Counted from the first letter of the stretch, positions 27,702-37,033 are shown. The stretch is 49,850 nucleotides of DNA from Patescibacteria group bacterium (GCA_040387635.1 JAZKDJ010000001.1:1-49850), one strand, 5' to 3'. A program made the numbers and translations. Notes: generated from the sequence alone by a model not told the origin.

Positions 27702-28133
27702 ATGGGAAAAAAGCGAATCGTAACAACAGAAGGAGAAAAGAAAGCGGACGGTGCTAAAGCGCCTCAGCAGACCTCATCGAAAAAACGAGTTGAGATTGGC
27801 ATTTTGCATGTGCAGTCAACATATAACAACACCAAAGTGCTCCTTACGGACGCACGAGGTGATGCTATCATGGCCTCATCATGTGGTGCACTTGGATTCA
27901 AGGGCGCAAAGAAGGGAACTCCTTTCGCAGCAGCAAAGGTAGGCGAGACGCTCGCGGTCAAAGCAGCACTCCTAGGCCTCAAGGAAGTCTCAGTTGTAGT
28001 AAAGGGAGTAGGATCAGGACGAGAGTCAGCTATCCGAGGATTCATTTCTAAGGGAGTAACAATCACGTCAATCATCGACGAGACTCCAGTGCCATTTAAC
28101 GGACCTAAGGCTAAGAAGCCACGGCGAGTATAA
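27702..28133 (+). CDS. rpsK: 30S ribosomal protein S11
   Basis: STYNNTKV, KKGTPFAA, GVGSGRES, TPVPFNG...KKPRRV. Confidence 0.97.
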   Translation: MGKKRIVTTEGEKKADGAKAPQQTSSKKRVEIGILHVQSTYNNTKVLLTDARGDAIMASSCGALGFKGAKKGTPFAAAKVGETLAVKAALLGLKEVSVVVKGVGSGRESAIRGFISKGVTITSIIDETPVPFNGPKAKKPRRV

Positions 28134-28151
28134 TCAGGAGTAATAAATATT

Positions 28152-28751
28152 ATGAAAATAGGACCACGATATAAAATTGTACGACGACTTGGTGCTCCGG
28201 TGTTTGAGAAGACTCAGACACAGAAGTATGCAATGCGAGCGATGCGAAAGACTCCGAAGAGGGGACGCGCTAAGACAGACTACGGTCTAGGCATGATGGA
28301 GAAGCAGAAGGCGCGAATGACCTACGGTGTAACAAGCACTCAGTTCGGAAAGTATGTTAAGAAGGCTATGGCTCGAAAGGGTAACTCTGTTGACCTTCTC
28401 ATCTCTATTCTCGAAAGCCGACTTGATAACGCGGTTCTAAAGGCAGGTTTCTCATCAGTTCGAGCACAGGCTCGACAGATGGTATCTCACGGCCACTTCC
28501 TCGTTAACGGTAAAGCTCTCAATGTTCCTTCATATCAGGTAAGCGTAGGCGACGTAATTTCTATCCGTGAGGGTAGCAAGAAAAAGGTCCTATTTGCCGG
28601 AATTGAGGAGAAGTTGAAAACTGCCAAAGTGCCTGCATGGATCAAGGTGAATCCTGAGAAAAAAGAAGCTGTTATCGATGGTATTCCGCGAGCTGAGCTT
28701 ACGGAACTCCTCTTTAACCCAGCATCTGTCCTTGAGTTTTATAGCAGATAA
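28152..28751 (+). CDS. rpsD: 30S ribosomal protein S4
   Basis: EKQKAR..YG, LESRLDN.V, ARQMVSHGH, V.EFYSR. Confidence 0.97.
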   Translation: MKIGPRYKIVRRLGAPVFEKTQTQKYAMRAMRKTPKRGRAKTDYGLGMMEKQKARMTYGVTSTQFGKYVKKAMARKGNSVDLLISILESRLDNAVLKAGFSSVRAQARQMVSHGHFLVNGKALNVPSYQVSVGDVISIREGSKKKVLFAGIEEKLKTAKVPAWIKVNPEKKEAVIDGIPRAELTELLFNPASVLEFYSR

Positions 28752-28802
28752 TGGTATAGTGTTTTTTCAAAGTCCTTCAATTTATTTAATACATAAATAG
28801 CA

Positions 28803-29771
28803 ATGTCCATGTCTGACAACAAAGTGATGCTTCCATCGAAGCCAAAAATCATCAAAGAAGAAGGTTTTTTGGGCGTGTACGAGATCGACGGTCTCTATCC
28901 AGGCTACGGTCATACACTAGGTAACTCTCTCCGACGAATCATCCTGTCATCTATTCCTGGTGCAGCTATTACTGAAGTAAAAATCGGAGGAGTAGAACAC
29001 GAATTCTCAAGCATTGCTGGCATCAAGGAAGATGTCATCTCAATCCTTCTTAACCTCAAGAAGGTACGAATCAAGATCATCACAGATGAGGCTCAGACAA
29101 TTGTTATCAAAGCAAAGGGAATCAAGAACGTAACTGCTGGAGACATCGAAATCCCAGGACAGGTTGAAATCCTTAACCCAGAACTCCATATCGCGGACCT
29201 TACAGAGAAAGCAGCTGAACTCTCAATCGAGATGAAGGTTGAAAAGGGTCTTGGATACGTTGCTAAGGAAGTTATCCAGAAGGACCGAGTAGACATCGGA
29301 GCAATCGCTCTTGATGCTATTTTCACACCTATCCGACGAGTTAACTACGAAGTAGAGAACATGCGAGTAGGCAACCGAACAGACTTCAACCGAGTTCGAA
29401 TGACTATCGAAACAGACGGAACTCTTACTCCTAAGGAAGCTCTTGAATATTCTATCCGAGTCATGATCGATCAGCTCAAAGCGATCGTAGGATTCGAAGA
29501 GAAGGTTGAGGAAGCTCCTGTAGTTGATGTTGCTGAAGAATCACTCGGCGATGACGACAAGGAACTTGATGTTGAATTCTTGAAAACAAGAATCGACTCA
29601 ATCGGACTTTCTCCAAGAACAGTCAAGGCTCTTTCAAACGCTAACATCCGAACAATCGGAGGACTTGCGCGAAAGAAGGAAGCTGATATCCTCGAGATCG
29701 ACGGTCTTGGTAGCAAGGGTATGCAGGAAATTAAGAAAGTATTGAGCGGATACGGCATCACGCTGAAGTAA
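28803..29771 (+). CDS. rpoA: RNA polymerase subunit alpha
   Basis: GYGHTLGNSLRRIILSSIPGAA, DAIFTPIRRV, alpha-CTD LSPRTVKAL...GLGSKG..EI. Confidence 0.97.
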   Translation: MSMSDNKVMLPSKPKIIKEEGFLGVYEIDGLYPGYGHTLGNSLRRIILSSIPGAAITEVKIGGVEHEFSSIAGIKEDVISILLNLKKVRIKIITDEAQTIVIKAKGIKNVTAGDIEIPGQVEILNPELHIADLTEKAAELSIEMKVEKGLGYVAKEVIQKDRVDIGAIALDAIFTPIRRVNYEVENMRVGNRTDFNRVRMTIETDGTLTPKEALEYSIRVMIDQLKAIVGFEEKVEEAPVVDVAEESLGDDDKELDVEFLKTRIDSIGLSPRTVKALSNANIRTIGGLARKKEADILEIDGLGSKGMQEIKKVLSGYGITLK

Positions 29772-29789
29772 GCCAACCAGAAAGATAAC

Positions 29790-30140
29790 ATGCGACACCA
29801 TTCAAACGTAAAAAAATTCGGACGAGAACGCGGACAGCGAAATGCTCTTATTAAGTCTCTTCTAAGATCTCTTATTATTCATGAGAGAATTACGACGACA
29901 GTTACTAAGGCAAAGGCTCTACGACCTCACATCGAGAAGCTTGTAACAAAGGCAAAGGCAGGGGATGTCGCAACACGACGTCTCGCGATTTCACGACTAA
30001 GTGGCGTGAAGGAGGCAAAAATCCTCATGGAGACAATCGCTCCTAAGTATAAGGATCGACAGGGAGGCTATACCCGAATCACAAAGCTTCCAAAGCGAAA
30101 GATCGACGGGGCTGATATGGCAGTAATTGAATTTGTATAA
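29790..30140 (+). CDS. rplQ: 50S ribosomal protein L17
   Basis: MRH, RITTT..KAK, RQGGYTRI, MAVIEFV. Confidence 0.97.
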   Translation: MRHHSNVKKFGRERGQRNALIKSLLRSLIIHERITTTVTKAKALRPHIEKLVTKAKAGDVATRRLAISRLSGVKEAKILMETIAPKYKDRQGGYTRITKLPKRKIDGADMAVIEFV

Positions 30141-30144
30141 AACC

Positions 30145-30492
30145 ATGACGACTCACACTATAGATGCAACAGGAAAGAAGATGGGACGAGTAGCTAGCGA
30201 AGCTGCTAAGATTCTCATGGGCAAGGACAAAGTTACCTTCGCTAAGAACAAGGTAGAGAACGTCAAAGTCATCATCATAAATACTTCAAAGGCTGAAATC
30301 GACGCCAAGAAGAAAGATGACAAGGAGTACGTTACCTTCACAGGTTTCCGAGGTGGTCTCAACACTGAGAAGCTTGGAGCACTCATTGACCGAAAGGGAT
30401 ACTCTGAGGCTTTCAAGCGAGCTGTGTACCGAATGCTTCCTCCAAACAGTCTCCGGAACAAGATCATGAAAAACTTAACTATCACTGAATAG
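30145..30492 (+). CDS. rplM: 50S ribosomal protein L13
   Basis: IDATGK.MGR.AS..AK.L.GK, AVYRMLP.N.L; ATG 30145 preferred. Confidence 0.93.
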   Translation: MTTHTIDATGKKMGRVASEAAKILMGKDKVTFAKNKVENVKVIIINTSKAEIDAKKKDDKEYVTFTGFRGGLNTEKLGALIDRKGYSEAFKRAVYRMLPPNSLRNKIMKNLTITE

Positions 30493-30494
30493 AT

Positions 30495-30899
30495 ATGACA
30501 CCTACACAAGACAAATACTTTGCAGCAGTAGGACGACGAAAGACAGCAACTGCGCGTGTCCGAATCACTCCTGGAGCAAAGACATCTTTTTCAATCAACG
30601 ACAGGGAACTCGCATCATATTTTCCTACAAAGGAACTTCAGATGATTGTTGCTCAGCCGTTCACAACAGCTAAGCTCACTCAGAAATTCAAGATCTCAGT
30701 GATCGTCCGAGGCGGAGGAGTTTCTGCACAAGCAGTAGCCGTCCAGCACGGAATCTCACGAGCACTTCTCGAATACGACATAGAGCTTCGAAAACTTCTC
30801 AAGGCAGCAGGACATCTCAAGCGAGATCCTCGAGCAAAGGAGCGAAGAAAGTTCGGTCTCAAGAAGGCCCGAAAGAGCCCACAGTGGTCAAAGCGATAA
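30495..30899 (+). CDS. rpsI: 30S ribosomal protein S9
   Basis: GRRKTATARV, GGG..AQA.AV.HGISRAL, RDPR.KERRK.GLKKARK.PQWSKR. Confidence 0.97.
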   Translation: MTPTQDKYFAAVGRRKTATARVRITPGAKTSFSINDRELASYFPTKELQMIVAQPFTTAKLTQKFKISVIVRGGGVSAQAVAVQHGISRALLEYDIELRKLLKAAGHLKRDPRAKERRKFGLKKARKSPQWSKR

Positions 30900-30924
30900 T
30901 CTCAGAATTACGCTCACTATCTCA

Positions 30925-30956
30925 GAAAAACACCCTCAACGGGGTGTTTTTCTTTT
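30925..30956 (+). terminator. Terminator of the ribosomal cluster
   Basis: GAAAAACACCC-N6-GGGTGTTTTTC-TTTT. Confidence 0.8.
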
Positions 30957-31014
30957 AATTGACATGCCCCCATATCTTCAGTAGATTAAAGCTAGACCTG
31001 TATTGTTTTGACAC

Positions 31015-32652
31015 ATGAAAAAAGCTACACAATCGCCTGCGAAAGCAACGAAACCAGCGGCCCAAACCGCTCAAATCCTGAGGCTTCCTGTTAATTACGA
31101 AGCTATGGAATTCGCCTTCGGCAACCAATGCCTGAAGTACAGCATCCGGAGAACGATGGAACTCTATCGAACTCCACTCAACACAATCGAGGATGTCACC
31201 GCAGTCATCCGGATAGCGGAGAAAGACTCTCCTTTGCGTAGCGAGGCGCTTAGCATTTGGGTGGATCTCTCGAGCAAGGAAATTGCTCGCGCCGATAAAC
31301 CTCAAGCGCTCGACGCCGCTCTTGAACGCATGCCTTCCGGGGAACTCGTGAATTTGGAGCTCGCCATGGCCGGCTTCATCAAGCGCATCCGCATGACCAA
31401 GACAGTAACCGAGGTCAAGGAAATCGTTGCGCACCACCGCGGTCGAGGATTCAACGAGAGCTGCTGCTATACCGAGGAAGTTCTTAACTGGGCATTCACG
31501 CGCGTCAAAACCCTCGAGGACACGGCCTTCGTTTACAACAACATCCCACGACCGCCGCACGTGAGCGAAAAAGAAAAGAAAGATGTGCACGGGACCCTCC
31601 GTAAGGAAGCCTGGCAAAGTCTCGAAAAGCTTTTCGCGAAGCAAGTGGCCAAAATGAAAGCGAAAGGTCTGATGGGAGCGATGACACTCATCGTCTCGCT
31701 CGATATATATTACGGCAGGGAAGAGCTGTTCAAGGTGGCGATCACCACGCTCCGCCCCGACGAAGACACGTTGCGTTCCTTCATCAAGAACTCGCCACCA
31801 TACAGGTCTGTGAACAGTCTGTACGACCTTCATCAGAAGGTTTTCAGCCCCATAGCAGGCGCCGTACTGGATGATTTGGTGCTCGCAAGAATCAAGCCCG
31901 ATATGTCTTCCAAAGAGCTGGAAAAGCTCAATGAGTCATGTCAGGGTCTTCAGAAGAGCCATGCGGCGATTTGTAAGCTGCTCGAAAAGAAGCAGCCGAA
32001 GCCAAGCTCGCCTGAGGAAGCAAAAACCTTCGAAGAATTCCGAACTGTCCGCCGTGGATCTAAGGACCACGCTCTGAGAAACCGCTGCTTCGAGCAGATG
32101 CTCACACTCGCGGACACCAGGGATCGATTCGAGTGCTTATGGCAGATTGTGGCCGAAGAACGCAATAATGGGATGGCGGAAAAAGTGCACGAGCGCTGGC
32201 TCGAATGGGCCAAGAACAATCCGTCGGAAATTCGTAATCTCTACTTCCAAGTCTATTCGGACCTGTCATTGAAGGCGCTACTCCAATCATTCCAGACACC
32301 TTCGGAATGCCTGGACCTGATGGAGCGAATCGACGACCGCAGTGGTAACCACCATTACCATTTCCATCGTTCAGACTGCCTCGAAAGGGCCATCGGCCTA
32401 ATCAAGACACCTGCTGATGGCCTGGAACTAATGACGCGAATTGAACGCGACGATCGGCGCAGGGTTGATGGCAATAGTGCCATGAAGGCATTCATGCAGA
32501 CGCTCATGGTCACCGAGGAGAAGGATGACCTGCTCCGTATCGGACGCACGCTCAAGGGCATGACCCAACAGATGAGTGCGGCCCTGTACGAAAAGCTCGC
32601 GCCGTTCTTCCCGGCACAGCCCGCTTCGGCGGAACATGGTGTCGCAGCCTAA
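31015..32652 (+). CDS. Hypothetical alpha-helical (solenoid-like) protein, 545 aa
   Basis: Long ORF with own promoter TTGACA-N17-TAGATT (30959-30987) and terminator (32688-32723); GC-richer than its neighbours. Confidence 0.75.
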   Translation: MKKATQSPAKATKPAAQTAQILRLPVNYEAMEFAFGNQCLKYSIRRTMELYRTPLNTIEDVTAVIRIAEKDSPLRSEALSIWVDLSSKEIARADKPQALDAALERMPSGELVNLELAMAGFIKRIRMTKTVTEVKEIVAHHRGRGFNESCCYTEEVLNWAFTRVKTLEDTAFVYNNIPRPPHVSEKEKKDVHGTLRKEAWQSLEKLFAKQVAKMKAKGLMGAMTLIVSLDIYYGREELFKVAITTLRPDEDTLRSFIKNSPPYRSVNSLYDLHQKVFSPIAGAVLDDLVLARIKPDMSSKELEKLNESCQGLQKSHAAICKLLEKKQPKPSSPEEAKTFEEFRTVRRGSKDHALRNRCFEQMLTLADTRDRFECLWQIVAEERNNGMAEKVHERWLEWAKNNPSEIRNLYFQVYSDLSLKALLQSFQTPSECLDLMERIDDRSGNHHYHFHRSDCLERAIGLIKTPADGLELMTRIERDDRRRVDGNSAMKAFMQTLMVTEEKDDLLRIGRTLKGMTQQMSAALYEKLAPFFPAQPASAEHGVAA

Positions 32653-32687
32653 GCCGCACAACAAACAAAACAGTTAGTACTTTGCAC

Positions 32688-32723
32688 GCGCCGCAACCCC
32701 TTCAGGTTGCGGCGCTTATTTTT
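32688..32723 (+). terminator. Intrinsic terminator
   Basis: GCGCCGCAACC-CCTTCA-GGTTGCGGCGC-TTATTTTT. Confidence 0.8.
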
Positions 32724-32778
32724 ATGGCCGTTAATATATTTTGCCAAATCCAAAAAATTCTGTATACTTTTTCATACC

Positions 32779-33381
32779 ATGACATCTCACAACGAAGACA
32801 ACAAAAAAGACGAAAACGAGCAGCCAGATGAATTCATCATCGAATCCAGCGACCTCGATGACTCTGTTGTAGCTGAAGAATCAGCGCAAGAAACTATCAA
32901 GAAACTCCGCGAAAAGCTCAAGCTTTGCACGAAAGAGAAGCAAGAATATCTCGATGGATGGCAGAGAGCTAAAGCGGAATTTGCCAATGCTCGAAAGCGA
33001 GACGCTGAAGCACAAGCAGAATACAGAAAGTTTGCGAACATGGGACTCGTGGAAGAACTCCTACCTGTACTCAGTAGCTTCGACATGGCTTTTGGTAACA
33101 AAGAAGCTTGGGAGAAAGTAGACAAGAACTGGAGAATGGGCGTGGAATATATCGCTAACCAACTCAAGGGAGTTTTGGAAAATAACGGCATCAAAGAGAT
33201 TGATCCATTGGGTCAACCTTTCGATCCGAACAGGGATGAGGCAATCGAATACATACCGACAGACAAGGAAGGTGAGGATAACTTAATTCTCAAGGTGGTG
33301 CAGAAAGGATATACTTTAAACGGTAAAACAATTAGAGCACCAAAAGTCCATGTCGGCGAACATAAGAAGACGAACCATTAA
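32779..33381 (+). CDS. grpE: Nucleotide exchange factor GrpE
   Basis: WQRAKAEFAN.RKR, ELLPVLSSF, FDPN..EA, VVQKGY.LNGK.IR.PKV.V; ATG 32779 preferred. Confidence 0.95.
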   Translation: MTSHNEDNKKDENEQPDEFIIESSDLDDSVVAEESAQETIKKLREKLKLCTKEKQEYLDGWQRAKAEFANARKRDAEAQAEYRKFANMGLVEELLPVLSSFDMAFGNKEAWEKVDKNWRMGVEYIANQLKGVLENNGIKEIDPLGQPFDPNRDEAIEYIPTDKEGEDNLILKVVQKGYTLNGKTIRAPKVHVGEHKKTNH

Positions 33382-33958
33382 AAAGCGACGGAAGGTTTCA
33401 ACAGTTGATGTTGCACATTTTGTCGCGACCGCAGCGGCCGTCATCGGCGTAAGCTGTCTCATTCTTACTCTTTCATATTTCCTTGGAACAGATCCGCGCA
33501 TGCAAAATGCAGACCACTATGCTGCAGGCGATTCCGAAAGCTCATCTTGGAAATTAGTTTCTTCAGATAACATGGACGTGCGATTCGAAATTCCTTCTAC
33601 CTACGATTATTACGAATCAGAAGACGAGATACTCGTTTACACTTCAAAAAACAAAAGAAGCATCGGCATGGCTGAGATGTCCATCCAGAGAAAAGCCGGT
33701 ACCAGCTCACTCGTGACCTGGAACGAAGACGCTATATCTATCAATCAGTATCGATCAGAGAAAAGCAGGAACACAATCGTATCAACTGCCTACGCAGCTG
33801 ACCGAGGATATGTAGCTCGAAGATATATCATTCTTCCTACTAACGGCGACACCAGCCTTGTTGCTTGGATCTATGCAAACAGACTCAAAGACGGCACCAT
33901 TCGACGAATTATTGATAGTCTTGCGGACACCCGACCCTCTGTTGTAGAATTAGAATAA
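33350..33958 (+). CDS. Membrane-anchored hypothetical protein (202 aa)
   Basis: Basic N-terminus, one TM, beta-rich soluble domain; overlaps the end of grpE by 32 nt. Confidence 0.6.
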   Translation: MSANIRRRTIKKRRKVSTVDVAHFVATAAAVIGVSCLILTLSYFLGTDPRMQNADHYAAGDSESSSWKLVSSDNMDVRFEIPSTYDYYESEDEILVYTSKNKRSIGMAEMSIQRKAGTSSLVTWNEDAISINQYRSEKSRNTIVSTAYAADRGYVARRYIILPTNGDTSLVAWIYANRLKDGTIRRIIDSLADTRPSVVELE

Positions 33959-33982
33959 ATAAGGCTCTAAAGCCTCGAAACC

Positions 33983-34297
33983 ATGCTTATAACCCAACCA
34001 CAAGGGCATATTTTCGATAGAGTACTGCGCACCAAGGAAGGAAAACTAGTGCGAGTGACTTTTGTCGTTGTATCAGTAGGCGGCGAACTCAAAGCCAAGG
34101 TTTTGAATATTGCTCCTCTTGAAGGACACCAGCCGACACTCAAAGCAGCTGAGATTCTCGCACTCCCAGGCAAGGTTTCAAAAGTTTCCATACTTCCTCA
34201 GAAGAAAACAGGCTTCGAATACAAAAGCATTCTTTCTCCGCTCCAGAATCTTAACTTTTTCATAAGCCAACCAACACGAGCACCATCTACAGTTTAA
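33983..34297 (+). CDS. 104-aa ORF upstream of dnaK; candidate ribosome-arrest (monitor) peptide
   Basis: No signal peptide or TM; C-terminus NFFISQPTRAPSTV with RAP at 34277-34285; possible promoter TTGCGG-N18-TAGAAT at 33921-33950. Confidence 0.7.
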   Translation: MLITQPQGHIFDRVLRTKEGKLVRVTFVVVSVGGELKAKVLNIAPLEGHQPTLKAAEILALPGKVSKVSILPQKKTGFEYKSILSPLQNLNFFISQPTRAPSTV

Positions 34298-34336
34298 GTT
34301 CCGAATTTAGTTTCTACTAAAAGTCTAACTTAAACT
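34291..34336 (+). promoter_or_regulatory. Stem-loop linking the leader stop codon to the dnaK initiation region
   Basis: AGTTTAAGTT (34291-34300) pairs perfectly with AACTTAAACT (34327-34336); inner stem TTTAGT-TTCT-ACTAAA; ends 3 nt before the dnaK ATG. Confidence 0.65.
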
Positions 34337-34339
34337 ATC

Positions 34340-36256
34340 ATGTCAAAAATCATTGGTATTGACCTGGGTACCACTAACTCAGCTGTAGCTGTAATGGAAG
34401 TAGGTACTCCAAAAATATTGGAAAACGCAGAAGGACAGAGAACAACTCCATCGATCATTGCTCAGTCAAAAACTGGCGATCGATTGGTAGGTCTTCTTGC
34501 ACGACGACAGGGTGTTACAAACCCAAAGAACACTATCTATCAGATCAAGCGATTCATCGGACACAACTTCGATGAATCTCAGATCCAGAAGGACAGGTCC
34601 TCAGTGCCATTCGAAATGCAGAAGTCAGCTAACGGAGGTATCGAGGTAAAGATGGGCGACAAATGGTATCGACCAGAAGAGATTTCCGCGATGATCCTCA
34701 CGAAGCTCAAGAATGACGCAGAGACACGACTTGGTGAGAAAGTAACTCAGGCTGTTATTACAGTTCCCGCATACTTCAACGATGCGCAGCGACAGGCAAC
34801 GAAGGATGCTGGTAAAATCGCAGGACTCGAAGTTATGCGAATCATCAACGAGCCTACAGCAGCGGCACTCGCATACGGATTCAACAAAAAAACAAATGAG
34901 AAAATCGCAGTCTTCGACTTCGGTGGAGGTACATTCGATATCTCAGTACTCGAAGTGGGTGATGGAGTCGTGGAAGTGCGATCAACTGACGGAGACGCGC
35001 ACCTCGGAGGTAAGGATATCGACCAGAAGGTCATTAACTGGCTTGCAGACACCTTCAAGAAAGAAAATGGCGTAGATCTCATGAAAGACCCTCTCGCAGT
35101 ACAGCGACTCGATGAGGCGGCTGAGAAGGCAAAGATTGAGCTCTCTACAGCAGTTCAGACTGAGATCAATATTCCGTTCGTAACATCAACAGCAGATGGA
35201 CCAAAGCACCTCGTTGTCACAATGACTCGAGCAAAGCTTGAGGAACTCACACAAGAGTTCATTGATCGCGCGATGACAATCACAAAGCGAGCAATGGAAG
35301 CTTCGCCATTCAAGGTAGGAGACATCAACGAAGTAGTTCTCGTAGGAGGCCAGACACGAATGCCAGCGCTCCAGGCAGCAGTGAAGAACTTCTTCGGCAA
35401 AGAGCCTCACATGGGTGTTAACCCAGACGAAGTAGTGGCAATCGGTGCCGCTATCCAGGGAGGTATTCTCGCAGGAGATGTCAAAGACGTTCTCCTCTTG
35501 GACGTTATCCCACTATCACTCGGAATCGAAACTATGGGAGGAGTTGCAACTAAGCTCATCGAGAAGAACACAACTATCCCAACTTCGAAGTCACAGACAT
35601 TCTCAACAGCTGCAGACAACCAGACTGAAGTAACTATCCACGTTGTGCAGGGTGAGCGACCAATGGCGTCAGACAACAAGTCTCTCGGTCAATTCAACCT
35701 TGGAGGAATCGCTCCTGCACCTCGAGGTATGCCGCAGATTGAAGTTGCATTCGACATTGATGCCAACGGAATTCTAAGCGTCTCAGCAAAGGACAAGGCG
35801 ACCAACAAGACAAACTCAATCAAGATCACAGCAAGCTCAGGCCTTTCAAAGGAAGAGGTTGAGAAAATGAAAAAGGAAGCCGAGATGAACAGCGCCGACG
35901 ACCAGAAGAAGAAGGATACCGTTGAAGCTAAGAACCTTGCGGAACAGCTCATCTACACAAGTGAGAAATCTCTCAAGGAACACAAAGACAAGATCCCTGA
36001 GGACGTAACGAAATCAATTGAAGAAAAGATCACAGCTCTCAAGGGCGTGAAAGATGGACAGGATCTCGCTGCAATCAAGTCAGCAACTGAAGCCCTCTCA
36101 AACGAACTCTCAAAGATCGGAGAGATCATCAGCAAAGCCGCTCAGGAAGAGCAAGCTAAGGCTGGAGCTCAAGGAAATCAGGGCCAGCAGGGAGGTGATC
36201 AGGGAAATGGTGGAGACGAGAAAGTACGAGATGCGGAAGTGAAGGACAATAAGTAA
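34340..36256 (+). CDS. dnaK: Chaperone DnaK (Hsp70)
   Basis: [59 protein letters not shown]. Confidence 0.98.
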   Translation: MSKIIGIDLGTTNSAVAVMEVGTPKILENAEGQRTTPSIIAQSKTGDRLVGLLARRQGVTNPKNTIYQIKRFIGHNFDESQIQKDRSSVPFEMQKSANGGIEVKMGDKWYRPEEISAMILTKLKNDAETRLGEKVTQAVITVPAYFNDAQRQATKDAGKIAGLEVMRIINEPTAAALAYGFNKKTNEKIAVFDFGGGTFDISVLEVGDGVVEVRSTDGDAHLGGKDIDQKVINWLADTFKKENGVDLMKDPLAVQRLDEAAEKAKIELSTAVQTEINIPFVTSTADGPKHLVVTMTRAKLEELTQEFIDRAMTITKRAMEASPFKVGDINEVVLVGGQTRMPALQAAVKNFFGKEPHMGVNPDEVVAIGAAIQGGILAGDVKDVLLLDVIPLSLGIETMGGVATKLIEKNTTIPTSKSQTFSTAADNQTEVTIHVVQGERPMASDNKSLGQFNLGGIAPAPRGMPQIEVAFDIDANGILSVSAKDKATNKTNSIKITASSGLSKEEVEKMKKEAEMNSADDQKKKDTVEAKNLAEQLIYTSEKSLKEHKDKIPEDVTKSIEEKITALKGVKDGQDLAAIKSATEALSNELSKIGEIISKAAQEEQAKAGAQGNQGQQGGDQGNGGDEKVRDAEVKDNK

Positions 36257-36270
36257 CTTGAAAAGGAGTA

Positions 36271-36365
36271 AAAAGAAAATCGCCTGCCAGCCTGTATAAA
36301 TACAGAGTGACAAGCGACTCTTGAGTCTCCTTTCTTACTCTCCGTCACGATTGTGGCGGGGAGAG
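36271..36365 (-). repeat. Structured repeat element, copy 1
   Basis: 69 of the first 80 nt identical to 38724-38803; 30-nt identical core CAGCCTGTATAAATACAGAGTGACAAGCGA (36288-36317). Confidence 0.85.
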
Positions 36366-36377
36366 TAGAGGGGAGAA

Positions 36378-36938
36378 TTATTCCTTAAACTTCATTCCAA
36401 AACTATGTATTCGACTACACACCCAGTGGTGCGTGAACGATGACAGATCCAAAGCTTTGAATTCTTCGCTCGTATGACTTAGAAGCTGTTGAATTGAGTT
36501 GATTCCTTTTTTCTTAAGCGATCTTACAACGTCACTGCGCATCCCTAAATCTTCAAATGATTCCGGCGCCCAAATTGGCGAATCCTTTAAAGCGAACTTG
36601 TGACGAGCAAGCGTAAAACGAATATCAGAAAGGGTTATGTGACTGCTATTCCTCATTCTTAACACTTCAATGGGAGTAAGGCGCAGCAAATCTTCGAGTG
36701 TCGAGACTGTGTTATTTACCAAGACATTCAACACTCGATTACTGAAACCAAGGTCACGAAGATTCATATTCTCAGGAGACTTCGTCACAGTCACCCTGAT
36801 TTTTGGTTCGACTGGAACAGTTTTGACTTGAACTGAGACATCCAAATGCTCCTCAGGTAGGAGTTGGTAACCTTTTTTCTTCGTCAACCTTTTCAAGTAA
36901 GCCGAGAGTTTTTCCTGAATTTTTTCAATCGTGGTCAT
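36378..36938 (-). CDS. Protein with two RNAP alpha-CTD-like domains
   Basis: LRDLGFSNRVLNVL.NNTVSTLEDLL and FEDLGMRSDVVRSLKKKGINSIQQLL both match the alpha-CTD start; promoter TTGACT-N17-TATTGT on the minus strand; ATG 36938 preferred. Confidence 0.7.
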   Translation of the reverse strand: MTTIEKIQEKLSAYLKRLTKKKGYQLLPEEHLDVSVQVKTVPVEPKIRVTVTKSPENMNLRDLGFSNRVLNVLVNNTVSTLEDLLRLTPIEVLRMRNSSHITLSDIRFTLARHKFALKDSPIWAPESFEDLGMRSDVVRSLKKKGINSIQQLLSHTSEEFKALDLSSFTHHWVCSRIHSFGMKFKE

Positions 36939-37033
36939 AACACAAAGAAGACATCTAAAAATACAATATAACGAAACATTCAATTAGTCAACTAATATAA
37001 CATGACCGAAACCTGCTAAACTAAGCGTTAATT

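Noticed and set aside
30955-31833. 292-aa minus-strand ORF antisense to the 545-aa gene
   Set aside because: Shadow ORF; promoter and terminator signals support the plus strand only.
36271-36365. Repeat element as an integron attC site
   Set aside because: No RYYYAAC...GTTRRRY core boxes and no integrase; G-U-preserving changes indicate RNA-level selection.
32653-37033. CIRCE operator for the heat-shock cluster
   Set aside because: No TTAGCACTC-N9-GAGTGCTAA upstream of grpE, the dnaK leader or dnaJ; TTAGTACTT at about 32672 has no partner arm.
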